DNA of 64,000 nt from the NCBI GenBank assembly GCA_020054475.1, contig JAHWGJ010000005.1, positions 1,025 through 65,024 of the forward strand, in the 5' to 3' direction. The DNA comes from Thermoplasmata archaeon. Lineage in GTDB: Archaea > Thermoplasmatota > E2 > DHVEG-1. Positions 28,699 to 39,735 of the stretch are shown one piece after another; the first letter of the stretch is position 1; every line of letters begins with the position of its first letter. The translations under genes and the position numbers were made by a program. A model generated the notes under the pieces. That model was not told the origin of the DNA and made no database searches. It saw only the letters and a list, made by a program, of their open reading frames with translations.

Positions 28699-29883
28699 AT
28701 GACTTCCATATGTCTATATTTTGAAGTACATCAACCATTCAGATTAAATCGCTTTTCAGTTTTTAATATAGGAGAAAATAATAAAAGTTATTCAAATTAT
28801 TTTAATAAAAAGTTAAATCAAGAAATATTTGAAAAAGTTGCAAGGAAATGCTATATACCAACAAATCAACTTTTACTAGATTTAATTAATAAAAATGAAG
28901 GAAAATTTAGAATATCTTTCAGTATAACAGGAACATTTTTTGAATATTGTGAACAACACATACCATCTGTTATTGACAGCTTTAAAGAGTTATTTAAAAC
29001 AGGTGCAGTAGATCTAATAGAAGAAACCTATTTCCATTCACTATCAAGTCTTTATGATGATCTCGATGAATTTGAAGATCAAGTAAAAATGCATCGACAA
29101 CTGATAAGAAATTTATTTAACTACTCACCAAAAGTATTTCGTAACACTGAAGCCATTTATGATAATAGAATCGCTAAAAAAGTAGAAGAAATGGGCTATA
29201 AAGGAATTATAACTGAAGGAACAGAAAAAATTTTACATTGGAGATCACCAAATTATATCTATAAAGCAATTAATTCCAATTTAAAAGTATTATTAAGGAA
29301 CTATAATCTAAGTGATGATGTAGGGTTTAGATTTTCTTCACAAAATTGGAATGGATTTCCATTAACAGCAGATAAATATGCAAATTGGATGGCAAAAACA
29401 GATGGAAATTTAATTAATTTATTTATGGATTATGAAACCTTTGGTGAACATCAATGGACTGAAACAGGTATTTTTAATTTCCTTGAACATTTACCTGGAG
29501 AAATTTTAAAACATAACCATCTTGATTTTGTAACTGTTAGTGAAGCAATTGATAGATATGACATAATGGGGGAAATAGATGTTCCCTGGGCAATTTCATG
29601 GGCCGATGAAGATAGAAACGTTTCAACTTGGCTCGGAAATGATATGCAAATAGCATGCTTTAATGAATTAAAAAATATAGGAAAAAAAATAAAAAATACT
29701 GGAAATCAAGATTTAATCAATACCTGGAGAAAATTACAAACTTCTGATCACCTATATTATGTTTCAACAAAAGGATTCAAAGATGGAGCAGTACATTCAT
29801 ATTTTAGTCATTACGACAGCCCATATGAGGGATTCATTAATTATATGAATATACTTCAAGATTTAAAACAAAAAATCATATAA
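28699..29883 (+). CDS. glycoside hydrolase family 57 (alpha-amylase/branching-type)
   Basis: ICLYFEVHQPFRL start, ...DYETFGEH..., W..DED motifs typical of GH57. Confidence 0.85.
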   Translation: MTSICLYFEVHQPFRLNRFSVFNIGENNKSYSNYFNKKLNQEIFEKVARKCYIPTNQLLLDLINKNEGKFRISFSITGTFFEYCEQHIPSVIDSFKELFKTGAVDLIEETYFHSLSSLYDDLDEFEDQVKMHRQLIRNLFNYSPKVFRNTEAIYDNRIAKKVEEMGYKGIITEGTEKILHWRSPNYIYKAINSNLKVLLRNYNLSDDVGFRFSSQNWNGFPLTADKYANWMAKTDGNLINLFMDYETFGEHQWTETGIFNFLEHLPGEILKHNHLDFVTVSEAIDRYDIMGEIDVPWAISWADEDRNVSTWLGNDMQIACFNELKNIGKKIKNTGNQDLINTWRKLQTSDHLYYVSTKGFKDGAVHSYFSHYDSPYEGFINYMNILQDLKQKII

Positions 29884-29999
29884 ATTTAATTATGGGTGGA
29901 GCAAAAAAAATATACTTATAAGCCTAATATCAGGAAAAAATGATATTCAAATTAATTCTAATTAAAAGAATATTTTAATAAAAACGGATAAAGAGAATT

Positions 30000-31865
30000 A
30001 TGAGAGAGTGGATAGTCACAAATGGACTTGGCGGTTATGCATCACTAACAAATTGTAATAATAATACAAGAAAATTTCATGGATTATTAATATCAAGCTT
30101 AAAACCACCCGTTTCCAGATGGGTTTTTGTTAGCAATATTGAGGACATTATAATCCACAAAAATCAAAAATATAATCTTAATAACTTAAAACCAAAATTT
30201 AGTTTTGATTTTTTACCATCTTTTAATTATGATTTACCAGATATTAAGATCAATAAAAAAATATTTATGCCAAACAACCAAAACACTACAATTATTAAAT
30301 ATAAAATCAAAACAAAAGACCCAATAGTAATTAAACATTTTCCAATAATAAACTCAAGACATTTTTATAACTTAAATCAAAAAAATTCATTTTCAATAAA
30401 ACAAGAAATATTGAAAAATCAAACCAATATATATCCAAATAATACAGATCAAATAATCAAAATTAAAGTGGAAAAATCAAAGTATTATCAAAATGAAATA
30501 TGGAAAGAAATACATTATCAAAAAGATAAGGAGAGAAAAGATTCCTATATAGATAATAATTTATTAATTGGAAATTTTGAAAAAAGAATTAAAAATGGAG
30601 AGGAATATTTTTTAGTACTTTCAACTGAGAAAAAAACAAATAAAAATATCAAATCTGTTTATAAAGAAGAAATTAATAAAAAAAGAGAATTAATTTTAAA
30701 AACAAGTCTAAGTGATTCTTTTAATAAACTTATATTATCTTCAAATAATTTTATTGTAAAAAAAGGAGATGGTAAATCAATAATAGCAGGATATCATTGG
30801 TTTAGTGATTGGGGGAGAGATACATTAATATCGATACCTGGTCTTACACTAGTAACAAGCAGATTTAATATAGCTAAACAAATTTTAATCGAATTAAGTA
30901 AATATTGTAAAAATGGACTAATTCCAAATGTTTTTACTGATAGAAATTCAGAAGCGTCTTACAATTCAGTTGATGCATCTTTATGGTTTATTGATCGAAT
31001 ATTTCAGTATTTAAAATATACAAATGATCAAAAATTATTATTAGAATTATGGCCAACATTAGTAGAGATTATAGATTATTACAGATATGGTACTAATTAT
31101 AACATTTTTATGGATGATGATTTTCTTATAAGTCATGATCCAGGACTAACTTGGATGGATGTAAAAATTAATGATTTTTATTCAACACCAAGATCAAGAA
31201 AAGCAGTAGAAATACAAGCATTATGGTATAATGCATTAAGAATAATGAGTATTCTTTCAGAAAAATTAGGTGTGAAAGATGAATATTTTTCATTATCTGA
31301 AAAAGTAAAAAATAGTTTTAATTTACATTACACAAAAGAATTTGATGTCATCGATAAAAAAGATTTATCATTAAGACCAAATAAAATATTTCTAGTATCA
31401 CTTGATTTTTCCTTAATTGAACATGATCTTCAATTAAAAATCGTTGAAAATATCGATAAGAATTTACACACAATTTTTGGATTACGAACTCTCTCAATGG
31501 ATGATCGAGAATTTAAAGGCATATATTTAGATAATCATAATCGAGATCTCTCATATCATAATGGAATTGTATGGCCTTGGCTATTAGGCCCCTTTATCAG
31601 ATCTTTTATCAAAATTAAAGATAATGAAAAAAAATGGAGAAAATATGCATTTAAAACATATCTAAAGCCAATGCTTGATGTTTTTGGAGACAATTGGGAT
31701 GGATCAATTAATGAGATATATGATAGTATACCACCATATACTCCAAGAGGATGTATAACCCAAGCATGGAGTGTTGCTGAAATTTTAAGAACATTGGTTG
31801 AAGATATTGAATATATTAGACCATTATATGAAAAAAATTATCTATTAAATAAAATAAGCATTTAA
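30000..31865 (+). CDS. amylo-alpha-1,6-glucosidase / archaeal glycogen debranching enzyme
   Basis: MREWIVTNGLGGYAS start, GYHWFSDWGRDT, YHNG.VWPW and CITQAWS motifs. Confidence 0.85.
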   Translation: MREWIVTNGLGGYASLTNCNNNTRKFHGLLISSLKPPVSRWVFVSNIEDIIIHKNQKYNLNNLKPKFSFDFLPSFNYDLPDIKINKKIFMPNNQNTTIIKYKIKTKDPIVIKHFPIINSRHFYNLNQKNSFSIKQEILKNQTNIYPNNTDQIIKIKVEKSKYYQNEIWKEIHYQKDKERKDSYIDNNLLIGNFEKRIKNGEEYFLVLSTEKKTNKNIKSVYKEEINKKRELILKTSLSDSFNKLILSSNNFIVKKGDGKSIIAGYHWFSDWGRDTLISIPGLTLVTSRFNIAKQILIELSKYCKNGLIPNVFTDRNSEASYNSVDASLWFIDRIFQYLKYTNDQKLLLELWPTLVEIIDYYRYGTNYNIFMDDDFLISHDPGLTWMDVKINDFYSTPRSRKAVEIQALWYNALRIMSILSEKLGVKDEYFSLSEKVKNSFNLHYTKEFDVIDKKDLSLRPNKIFLVSLDFSLIEHDLQLKIVENIDKNLHTIFGLRTLSMDDREFKGIYLDNHNRDLSYHNGIVWPWLLGPFIRSFIKIKDNEKKWRKYAFKTYLKPMLDVFGDNWDGSINEIYDSIPPYTPRGCITQAWSVAEILRTLVEDIEYIRPLYEKNYLLNKISI

Positions 31866-33554
31866 AACATATTGTTGGACCATTCTATTTGTGTTAAAAA
31901 ATGATGCATTTATAGCAATACAACTTCTCATTGTCCTTATCCAATTATCTCTATCATTATAGAATTTTGGTATGATCCATGTTTCTAATTTATTATATAA
32001 ATCATTTTTATCTATTTCATCATCTGATTTATCGTCCTCTGTTTTTTCAGGACCAATTGACCAACCAGTTATATTTTCTATGCACCCTTCTATCCACCAT
32101 CCATCTAAAGTTCCAAACTGTGGAACTCCATTATGAGCTGCTTTCATTCCTGAAGTTCCAGATGCCTCCATTGGACGTCTAGGAGTATTTAACCATAAAT
32201 CTACTCCTGCAGTTATAATTTTACCTATCGTCATATTATAGTTATGTATAAAGGTAATTTTTATTGAATCATTTATTGATTTCATAGTATCAAATATTTT
32301 TTTTATTGATTTTTTACCTGTTTCATCATTTGGATGTGCTTTTCCAGAATAGATAATTTGTATCGGTCCTACATTTTTTGCAATTTCTTTTAATCTCTCA
32401 GGATCAGATATCAACAATTCTGGTCTCTTATATTCAGTCTGTCTTCGTGCAAATCCAATTGTAAAATCATTATAATTCATACCAACATTATATCTATCAT
32501 TAACAAAATCAATTAGAATTTTTTTCGCATCAAGATGTTTTTTCCATATCTCATTTTTATTAATACTAAAGGCAGATCTTAACATATAGGGATCTGAATG
32601 CCAGCCAGAAATATGTTCATCAAATAAATTTTGAAAAGGTTTTGACACCCATGTTGAAGCATGGACACCATTAGTAATTGATTGTATCGAATAACCCGGA
32701 AACATTTGCTGAGAAATTTCTTTATGTTTTTTTGCAACTCCATTAATATAATGACTAAAAAATAAAGCAAGTCTTGTCATATTCAATTTATCTTCAAATT
32801 TAATTTCTTCTATGATACTTTCAGGTAATAAATCTCCTATCATATGTTTAGCTTCTAAAATATCAAATTGATCATGACCTGCAGCAACTGGAGTATGAGT
32901 TGTAAATACACATTGTTCCCGAACTTTTTCAACATTATTAAATTCTTTATATAATTCCAGTGTTCCTAAAGCAGCATGTCCTTCATTCATATGATATTTA
33001 TCTATAGTTGTATAACCTAGATTTTTTAGCATCCGCACTCCACCAATACCAAGTATTATCTCTTGAGCTAGTCGATATTTATTATCACCACCATAAAGAT
33101 ATTTAGTAAGATTTCTATCCCTTGAATCATTTTCATTAATGTTTGAATCCAGGAAAAAAACTGGAATTAAATATCCATTTATACCTCTATATTGATAAAG
33201 CCATGACCTTAGAAAAACATCTCTATCCTCAATTTTTATAATTGTTCTGGTTGGTAGAAGTTTTAGAAAATTTGAAACTGAAAAATTTATTGGCAGCTCT
33301 CTTTGATTACCTTCTTTATCTAATTTTTGATAAAAATAACCTTTTTCAGATAGCAAGGTAATTCCAACCAATGGTACATTTAAATCTGCACAAGATTTGA
33401 TTGTATCGCCCGCTAATATACCAAGACCACCACTATAAGTTGGTATATGTTCATCAATTCCAATTTCCATTGAAAAATAGGCAATTTTTGGTTTACCTTG
33501 AAGTTTAGAAATTGGATTTTTTACTTTATCATAATTTTTACAAACCTCGTTCAT
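31845..33554 (-). CDS. glgP: alpha-glucan phosphorylase (GT35, short archaeal type)
   Basis: YSGGLGILAGD and PLP-lysine context PMEASGTSGMKAAHNG. Confidence 0.9.
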   Translation of the reverse strand: MNEVCKNYDKVKNPISKLQGKPKIAYFSMEIGIDEHIPTYSGGLGILAGDTIKSCADLNVPLVGITLLSEKGYFYQKLDKEGNQRELPINFSVSNFLKLLPTRTIIKIEDRDVFLRSWLYQYRGINGYLIPVFFLDSNINENDSRDRNLTKYLYGGDNKYRLAQEIILGIGGVRMLKNLGYTTIDKYHMNEGHAALGTLELYKEFNNVEKVREQCVFTTHTPVAAGHDQFDILEAKHMIGDLLPESIIEEIKFEDKLNMTRLALFFSHYINGVAKKHKEISQQMFPGYSIQSITNGVHASTWVSKPFQNLFDEHISGWHSDPYMLRSAFSINKNEIWKKHLDAKKILIDFVNDRYNVGMNYNDFTIGFARRQTEYKRPELLISDPERLKEIAKNVGPIQIIYSGKAHPNDETGKKSIKKIFDTMKSINDSIKITFIHNYNMTIGKIITAGVDLWLNTPRRPMEASGTSGMKAAHNGVPQFGTLDGWWIEGCIENITGWSIGPEKTEDDKSDDEIDKNDLYNKLETWIIPKFYNDRDNWIRTMRSCIAINASFFNTNRMVQQYVLNAYFI

Positions 33555-33800
33555 TATGAATTCTCACCACATCAAATAATATCCAAATTTAGTTAATAGA
33601 CGTAAAGGCGTAATAACAATATATTACTTATTTATTATTGTAATTTTCTTAATATTTATTTAAAACAAAAATCTATTTAATTATTATTGCATTAATCAAA
33701 TTTGAGATTAGATGCATTTATAAACTTATTTAGTTATTATAATATTAATATTAACTGACATAAATTAAAAAAATAAAGATTGAAAGGTGGGTTTTGATTA

Positions 33801-34055
33801 ATGGAAAAAAGATGTGATTTATGTAATCGCCACATTACTTTAAAAACAAATTTATCTGGTTTAGTTTTTGAGGATAAGTATTTCGTATGTGAGGAATGTC
33901 ATGAAACTCATTCTAATGATGAGTTAGATGAATGGATTAAAACAATAATGAAAAATCCAGCTTCTGGAATGCCAATTTCACTTTGGCTAATTCATGAACA
34001 AAATAAAGATAAAACATTTATGACAAAATCATCAATAAAAAATAATAGCTTATAA
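33801..34055 (+). CDS. small zinc-finger protein
   Basis: CDLC...(x)...CEECH pair. 84 aa. GGTGGG SD-like sequence upstream. Confidence 0.4.
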   Translation: MEKRCDLCNRHITLKTNLSGLVFEDKYFVCEECHETHSNDELDEWIKTIMKNPASGMPISLWLIHEQNKDKTFMTKSSIKNNSL

Positions 34056-34132
34056 ACAAAAAATATTTTTGATATTATTTTTCATCGTTAAAAAAGAAAA
34101 TACTTTTTAGAAGATAACATATATGAAAATTT

Positions 34133-34924
34133 ATGTATATAATAAAACTTGGCGGCAGTGTTATAACTGATAAATCAAAGGAATACTTCTTTAAAAAAGA
34201 AATTATGAACAATCTATCTAAAGAAATAAAAAAAGCCAATAAAAGATGTATTATTATACATGGTGCAGGATCTTTTGGACATATTTTAGCTAAAAAGTAT
34301 AAATTAAATAATGGATTTACACATAATAATCAACTTAAAGGATTTTCAGAAACAATCCAAATGGTTCAAGTTTTAAACAATCATGTTTTAAAATCGCTAA
34401 ATTTATATGATAATCATGCAGTTTCAATAGCTCCCCATAATATTTTAAAATTAATAAATCATAAAGTGTATAAAATGAATTTTGAAATTTTTTCAGATTA
34501 CATTAGTAAAAACATTATGCCTTTGACATTTGGTGATGTTGTATTAGATAATAATTTAGGTTTTTCAATTTGTTCTGGAGATTTATTAGCATTTGAACTA
34601 GCAAAATATTTCAAACCTGAAAAAGTAATTTTTGTAATAGATGAAGATGGCCTATATACTACAAATCCTAAAGAAAATAATAATGCAGAATTAATAAATA
34701 ATATTAGTTTTACAGAGTTAAATAAATTATCAACACCTTTAAATAATTATGCTGATGTTACAAAAGGAATGGGGGGAAAAATTCACATGATCAGTAAAAT
34801 TGCAAAATTAGGGATTGATACAATTTTACTAAATGGTAATAAACCTGAAAGATTATACGCAACTCTTGCAGAAAATAAAATAATTGGAACAACCGTTCTA
34901 GGTGCTAAAAATGAATCAAACTGA
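34133..34924 (+). CDS. isopentenyl phosphate kinase
   Basis: Amino-acid-kinase fold: IIKLGGSVITDK, IIHGAGSFGH. Sits in a cluster with IDI2 and GGPP synthase. Confidence 0.85.
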   Translation: MYIIKLGGSVITDKSKEYFFKKEIMNNLSKEIKKANKRCIIIHGAGSFGHILAKKYKLNNGFTHNNQLKGFSETIQMVQVLNNHVLKSLNLYDNHAVSIAPHNILKLINHKVYKMNFEIFSDYISKNIMPLTFGDVVLDNNLGFSICSGDLLAFELAKYFKPEKVIFVIDEDGLYTTNPKENNNAELINNISFTELNKLSTPLNNYADVTKGMGGKIHMISKIAKLGIDTILLNGNKPERLYATLAENKIIGTTVLGAKNESN

Positions 34925-35951
34925 AAGTAGAAAAGATGAACATGTACGAATATGTATTGAAGAAAATGTGAAAGGTAGCCATAATTATTGGGATGATGTT
35001 ACCCTTAAACACAATGCACTACCGGATATTAATAAATATGAAATTAATCTTTCAATAAACTTATTTAATAAAAAACTAAACGCACCAATTATAATTTCTG
35101 GTATGACTGGCGGTTATTTAAAAGCAAAAAAAATAAATGAAAATCTTGCAGTAGCAGCTGAAAAATTCCAAATTGGGATGGGTGTAGGATCGCAAAGAGC
35201 CGCTCTAGAAAAAACTGAATTAAAGGAAACATATGGAATAATAAAAGAATATGACATTCCTCTTAGATTCGCAAACATTGGCGCATCTCAAATTGTAATA
35301 TGGGGACATAAAAAAACACTTGAAAATGCTCAAAAAATGATCGATATGATCGATGCAAATGTTTTTATTATATGTTTAAATTTTTTGCAAGAAGCAGTAA
35401 TGTTTGAGGGCGAATCAAATGCAAAGGGATGTTTTGAAGAAATAAGAAAATTTTCAGAAAAAATTGAAATACCTGTTGTTGTAAAGGAATCAGGAGCGGG
35501 AATTTCATACGAAGTTGCAAAAAAATTATACAAAACAAATATTTCTGGTATTGATGTTGGAGGTGCTGGAGGAACTTCTTTTTCAGCAATAGAACATTAT
35601 AGATCAAAACTAAAATTTGATAGTTTACATGAAAGAGGTGCAAAAACCTTCTGGGACTGGGGAATACCAACTCCGATATCAATATTAGAAGTTGGAGATG
35701 CAACTAATTGGAAGTTACCTATAATATCTACAGGGGGAATAAGAAATGGACTCGATGCTGCAAAATCATTAGCCCTAGGTGCAAACTGTGCGGGAGTTGC
35801 CCATACGTTTCTTAAACCAGCGACTAAAAGTCAAAATTCAATAATATTTGAGGTAGAGACACTTGTTAAAGAATTAAGAACCGCAATGTTTTTAGTTGGA
35901 GTTGATAGGGTTTCCAAAATGAAAGATATTGGAGCGGAATTATGGATTTGA
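34911..35951 (+). CDS. fni: type 2 isopentenyl-diphosphate delta-isomerase
   Basis: RKDEHV start region and FMN TIM-barrel motifs (ISGMTGG, GGTSF, TGGIRNG). ATG 34911 preferred over the GTG at 34902. Overlaps the IPK 3' end. Confidence 0.9.
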   Translation: MNQTESRKDEHVRICIEENVKGSHNYWDDVTLKHNALPDINKYEINLSINLFNKKLNAPIIISGMTGGYLKAKKINENLAVAAEKFQIGMGVGSQRAALEKTELKETYGIIKEYDIPLRFANIGASQIVIWGHKKTLENAQKMIDMIDANVFIICLNFLQEAVMFEGESNAKGCFEEIRKFSEKIEIPVVVKESGAGISYEVAKKLYKTNISGIDVGGAGGTSFSAIEHYRSKLKFDSLHERGAKTFWDWGIPTPISILEVGDATNWKLPIISTGGIRNGLDAAKSLALGANCAGVAHTFLKPATKSQNSIIFEVETLVKELRTAMFLVGVDRVSKMKDIGAELWI

Positions 35952-36925
35952 AAAATGAATTAAAAAAAAGAACTGATATTTTTAATATTGAATTAAAGCA
36001 TTATTTAGAAGGCGGTTATCCTAAAATATTATATGATGCTGCAAGACATCTCCCATTGGCTGGTGGAAAAAGACTTAGACCTGCAATTTCAATTTTATCA
36101 TGTGAATCAGTATCAGGAAATATAGAAAACGTTATGCCTTTAGCTATATCTACAGAATTAATACATAATTTTACTCTCGTCCATGATGACATTATGGACA
36201 AATCAAAATTAAGAAGAAATACGCCAACGGTACATAATCAATATGGGGAACCAACAGCAATACTTGCGGGAGATTTATTATTTGCAAAATCATTTGAAGT
36301 TATTCATAATTTTACAGGACATTCATCGATATTTAAAAAAATTAATTATAACATTGTAGAAAGCATTAGGGAAGTTTGTGAAGGCCAACAACTTGATATG
36401 GAATTTGAAAAAAGAAATAATGTTACTGAAGAAGAATATTTAGAGATGATTCAAAAAAAGACTTCTGCATTATTTATGCTAGCTGCAGAAGGAGGATCGA
36501 TTGCTGGTGGTGGAACAGATAATCAGAATATTTGTTTAAGAAATTATGGCAAATATCTAGGTTTAGCTTTTCAGATAAGAGATGATTATCTAGATATGAG
36601 CAGTGATGTAAATACTCTTGGAAAAGATATTGGAAATGATATAAGAAATGGTAAAAAAACACTAATAGCTGTTCATTCGATAAATAATGCATCTGGTAAT
36701 AATAAAAATCTTATTGATAAAATATTTGGGAATAATAATGCATCTGAAGAAGAGATTAATAAAGTATACAATTTATTTAATGAAATTGGATCTCTCGAAT
36801 ATGCAAAAAATACTGCTTATAAATTTTGTGATGAGGCAAAAAAATCAATTAATATTTTAAAGGATACAGATGCAAAAAAAATTCTTAGTGATCTTGCTGA
36901 ATATTCAATTAATCGAGAGAAATAG
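35942..36925 (+). CDS. idsA: geranylgeranyl diphosphate synthase (short-chain trans-prenyltransferase)
   Basis: FARM LVHDDIMD and SARM FQIRDDYLD motifs. Confidence 0.9.
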   Translation: MDLKNELKKRTDIFNIELKHYLEGGYPKILYDAARHLPLAGGKRLRPAISILSCESVSGNIENVMPLAISTELIHNFTLVHDDIMDKSKLRRNTPTVHNQYGEPTAILAGDLLFAKSFEVIHNFTGHSSIFKKINYNIVESIREVCEGQQLDMEFEKRNNVTEEEYLEMIQKKTSALFMLAAEGGSIAGGGTDNQNICLRNYGKYLGLAFQIRDDYLDMSSDVNTLGKDIGNDIRNGKKTLIAVHSINNASGNNKNLIDKIFGNNNASEEEINKVYNLFNEIGSLEYAKNTAYKFCDEAKKSINILKDTDAKKILSDLAEYSINREK

Positions 36926-36929
36926 AAAA

Positions 36930-38642
36930 ATGAAAACTAATGATATCAAGAAAATCGCTAAAAAATATGCATTACAAAATGCTATAAACTTTAATGGAAA
37001 AGCAAATTCCAAAGCTGTTGCAGGTAAGATAATTGCTGAATTAAAAAATAGTGATATCACGCCACAAGAAATTTTTAAAATTGCTAATACTGTCTGTATC
37101 AAAATAAGCAATATCGCTAGAGAAGATCAAATAAAAGAACTTGAAAAAATTGCACCGAAGCTTCTTATAAAAGAAAAAAAGAAGAGAGATTTTTCTTTAC
37201 CTAATCTACCAAATGCTAAGCAAGGGCAGGTTATTACAAGATTTCCACCAGAACCAAATGGATATCTACATATAGGTCATGCAAAAGCAGCTATCGTTGA
37301 TTATGAATATTCAAAAATGTATGATGGAAAATTTATCTTACGATTTGATGATACAAATCCCGAAAATGCACAATTTGAATTTTATGAATCACAAAAAAAA
37401 GATTTAAAATGGCTAGGAATTGAATGGGACATTGAATATAATACTTCTGATAATCTTAAAACACATTATAAACTTGCTGAACAATTGATAAATCAAGGTG
37501 ATGCATATCTTTGTAAATGCTCACCCGATCAAATAAAAAAAGGACGTTATAGTGGAATAAATTGCAATTGCAGAGACAATACATCTGAAGTAAATTTTAA
37601 AATATGGAAAAATATGTTAGATTCTTCCTTACAAAATTATGTGATGAGAATGAAGGGGGACATGAAATCAATTAATACTGCAATGCGAGATCCAACACTT
37701 TTTAGGATCATTAATAAACTGCATCCTCTTCACAAAGATAAATATCATGTATGGCCAACATATGATTTTGCAGGAGCAATTGAAGATAGTATTAGTGGTG
37801 TAACACATCCCTTCAGAACGAAAGAATATGAATTAAGAGATGAATGTTACTACTATCTATTAAACAAACTTAATCTTAGAAAACCTTGTTTATTAGAATT
37901 TGCAAGATTATCAATAGAAGGTATGCCAGTATCAAAACGTAATATAAAACCTCTTATTGATAATAAATTAGTTTATGGATATGATGATATTCGACTGCCA
38001 ACGCTTAGAGGTTTGGAAAAAAGAGGAATTCTACCAGAGTCAATTAAAAATTTTATTTTTTCACAAGGAATATCAAAGGTTGAATCACAAGTATCATTTA
38101 GTATGCTAGAAGCAGAAAATCGAAAAATATTAGATCCAAAAACAAAACGATATTTTTTTGTTAAAGATCCAATAAAATTAGTAGTAGAAAATGCTCCAAA
38201 AATAAAAAAATCAATTAAATTGCATCCAAAGAATCAAAAACTTGGAAAAAGAATTATTCAAACAGGTAATATTTTTTACATTCCAAAAGAAGACATCAAA
38301 CAAATGAATGTGGGGGATATATTCAGATTAAAAGATCTTTTTAATGTAAAAATAAAAAAAATAAATAGAGAAATTGAAGCTGATTATATTGGAGATGAAC
38401 TAATATCAAATTCTGCTAAAATCCAATGGACAACAGACACATATATTAAAATGAATATCTTAATCCCAAAAATTCTTTTTATAAATGATAAATTCAATAA
38501 TAATAGTATAGAAAATATTGAAGGATTTGCTGAGTATGACGTCTCCAAATTAAATAATGAAATTATTCAATTTGAAAGATTTGGATTTGTAAGAATTGAA
38601 CGAAATAATAATAAAATAATCGGATATTTTACGCATAAGTAA
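36930..38642 (+). CDS. gltX: glutamate--tRNA ligase, archaeal/eukaryotic type
   Basis: FPPEPNGYLHIGHAKAA (HIGH) and MPVSKRN (KMSKS-like). Start set to ATG 36930 to avoid overlap with idsA. Confidence 0.92.
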   Translation: MKTNDIKKIAKKYALQNAINFNGKANSKAVAGKIIAELKNSDITPQEIFKIANTVCIKISNIAREDQIKELEKIAPKLLIKEKKKRDFSLPNLPNAKQGQVITRFPPEPNGYLHIGHAKAAIVDYEYSKMYDGKFILRFDDTNPENAQFEFYESQKKDLKWLGIEWDIEYNTSDNLKTHYKLAEQLINQGDAYLCKCSPDQIKKGRYSGINCNCRDNTSEVNFKIWKNMLDSSLQNYVMRMKGDMKSINTAMRDPTLFRIINKLHPLHKDKYHVWPTYDFAGAIEDSISGVTHPFRTKEYELRDECYYYLLNKLNLRKPCLLEFARLSIEGMPVSKRNIKPLIDNKLVYGYDDIRLPTLRGLEKRGILPESIKNFIFSQGISKVESQVSFSMLEAENRKILDPKTKRYFFVKDPIKLVVENAPKIKKSIKLHPKNQKLGKRIIQTGNIFYIPKEDIKQMNVGDIFRLKDLFNVKIKKINREIEADYIGDELISNSAKIQWTTDTYIKMNILIPKILFINDKFNNNSIENIEGFAEYDVSKLNNEIIQFERFGFVRIERNNNKIIGYFTHK

Positions 38643-38711
38643 ACTATTTAAATTAATCACTATTTTAGAATAATTGTTATTAAAATAATAACAGGATGGA
38701 ATTGAATAAAA

Positions 38712-39449
38712 ATGCACTCTAAAAAAAGAGTATTTATAATTTTAGCTTTTTGTATCTATATATTAATATTTATCGAACCTGTATTATCAGAAAAAAATAA
38801 TTTTTCAAACTTATTATCAGAACCAGTATCATCAGAATTTAGTGAGATATCTAATATAATTTCTGATATTTCTCCATATGGAATACTAGCAGCAATTATC
38901 ACAATTATAGCTATTATAACATTTGGCGGTATAAAATATGTAACACCGGATAATGTATTAAATACAGAAGTTAGAAAAAATTTATACGAATTTATTGATG
39001 AATACCCTGGATCACATCTTAGAGAAATCGCGAGAGAATTAAATCTAAAACCAAGTAATGCTGCATGGCATTTAAGAAAATTAGAACAAACCAATTTAAT
39101 ACGAAGCAGAGCAATAGGTGGTAAAAAAGTTTTTTATCTTGTTGAAGGGGGAATAGAAACAAGAAGAGAAGCAGTCGCAGAATCAATTTTGAGAAATAAG
39201 AATGCCTATGATATAATGTACTATTTAAGTAATAATTCTGGTAAACATCTCTTGGAAATAGCACATGCCCTTGATCTAAATCATCATACTGTTAAATGGC
39301 ATATTAAAAAGATGTATATTGCAGAACTAATTGAAGGAGATACCTCAAATTCAGCATATCCTGTTTATTACGCAACAGAAATTGGAGTTCATGCTATTAA
39401 TAATATAAATCAGCAATCAAAAAAAATTAGTATTGGTAGAGCATCATAA
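38712..39449 (+). CDS. membrane-anchored double winged-helix regulator
   Basis: N-terminal signal/TM plus a second TM, then two ArsR-like wHTH units (HLREIARELNLKPSNAAWHLRKLEQTNLI and HLLEIAHALDLNHHTVKWHIKKM). Confidence 0.55.
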   Translation: MHSKKRVFIILAFCIYILIFIEPVLSEKNNFSNLLSEPVSSEFSEISNIISDISPYGILAAIITIIAIITFGGIKYVTPDNVLNTEVRKNLYEFIDEYPGSHLREIARELNLKPSNAAWHLRKLEQTNLIRSRAIGGKKVFYLVEGGIETRREAVAESILRNKNAYDIMYYLSNNSGKHLLEIAHALDLNHHTVKWHIKKMYIAELIEGDTSNSAYPVYYATEIGVHAINNINQQSKKISIGRAS

Positions 39450-39452
39450 AAT

Positions 39453-39725
39453 TCAAATTCTACCAACATCTACTACTTCAACACTATCAACATTTTCAAT
39501 TTTTGATAAGGTTTCCACTATAGGATCGAGACCACCTTCAGAATCGGGTACCGCTAAATGAACATCTAATCCTTTTAAACCAAATGCAACATTTTTAATA
39601 TCAATTCTTCCAAGTCGAATTGGAGCTAAAATCACTCTTTTTATATTATCAATTATATTTTCTAATTTATCATCGCCTATTACTTCACCGGGCATTAAAC
39701 GAATTAATGCAATTACTTCCCCCAT
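39453..39725 (-). CDS. translation elongation factor aEF-1 beta
   Basis: MGEVIALIRLMPGE...VAFGLKGLDVHLAVPDSEGG...VENVDSVEVV pattern. ATG 39725 lies 6 nt after GGAGG. Confidence 0.85.
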   Translation of the reverse strand: MGEVIALIRLMPGEVIGDDKLENIIDNIKRVILAPIRLGRIDIKNVAFGLKGLDVHLAVPDSEGGLDPIVETLSKIENVDSVEVVDVGRI

Positions 39726-39735
39726 AATCATCCTC

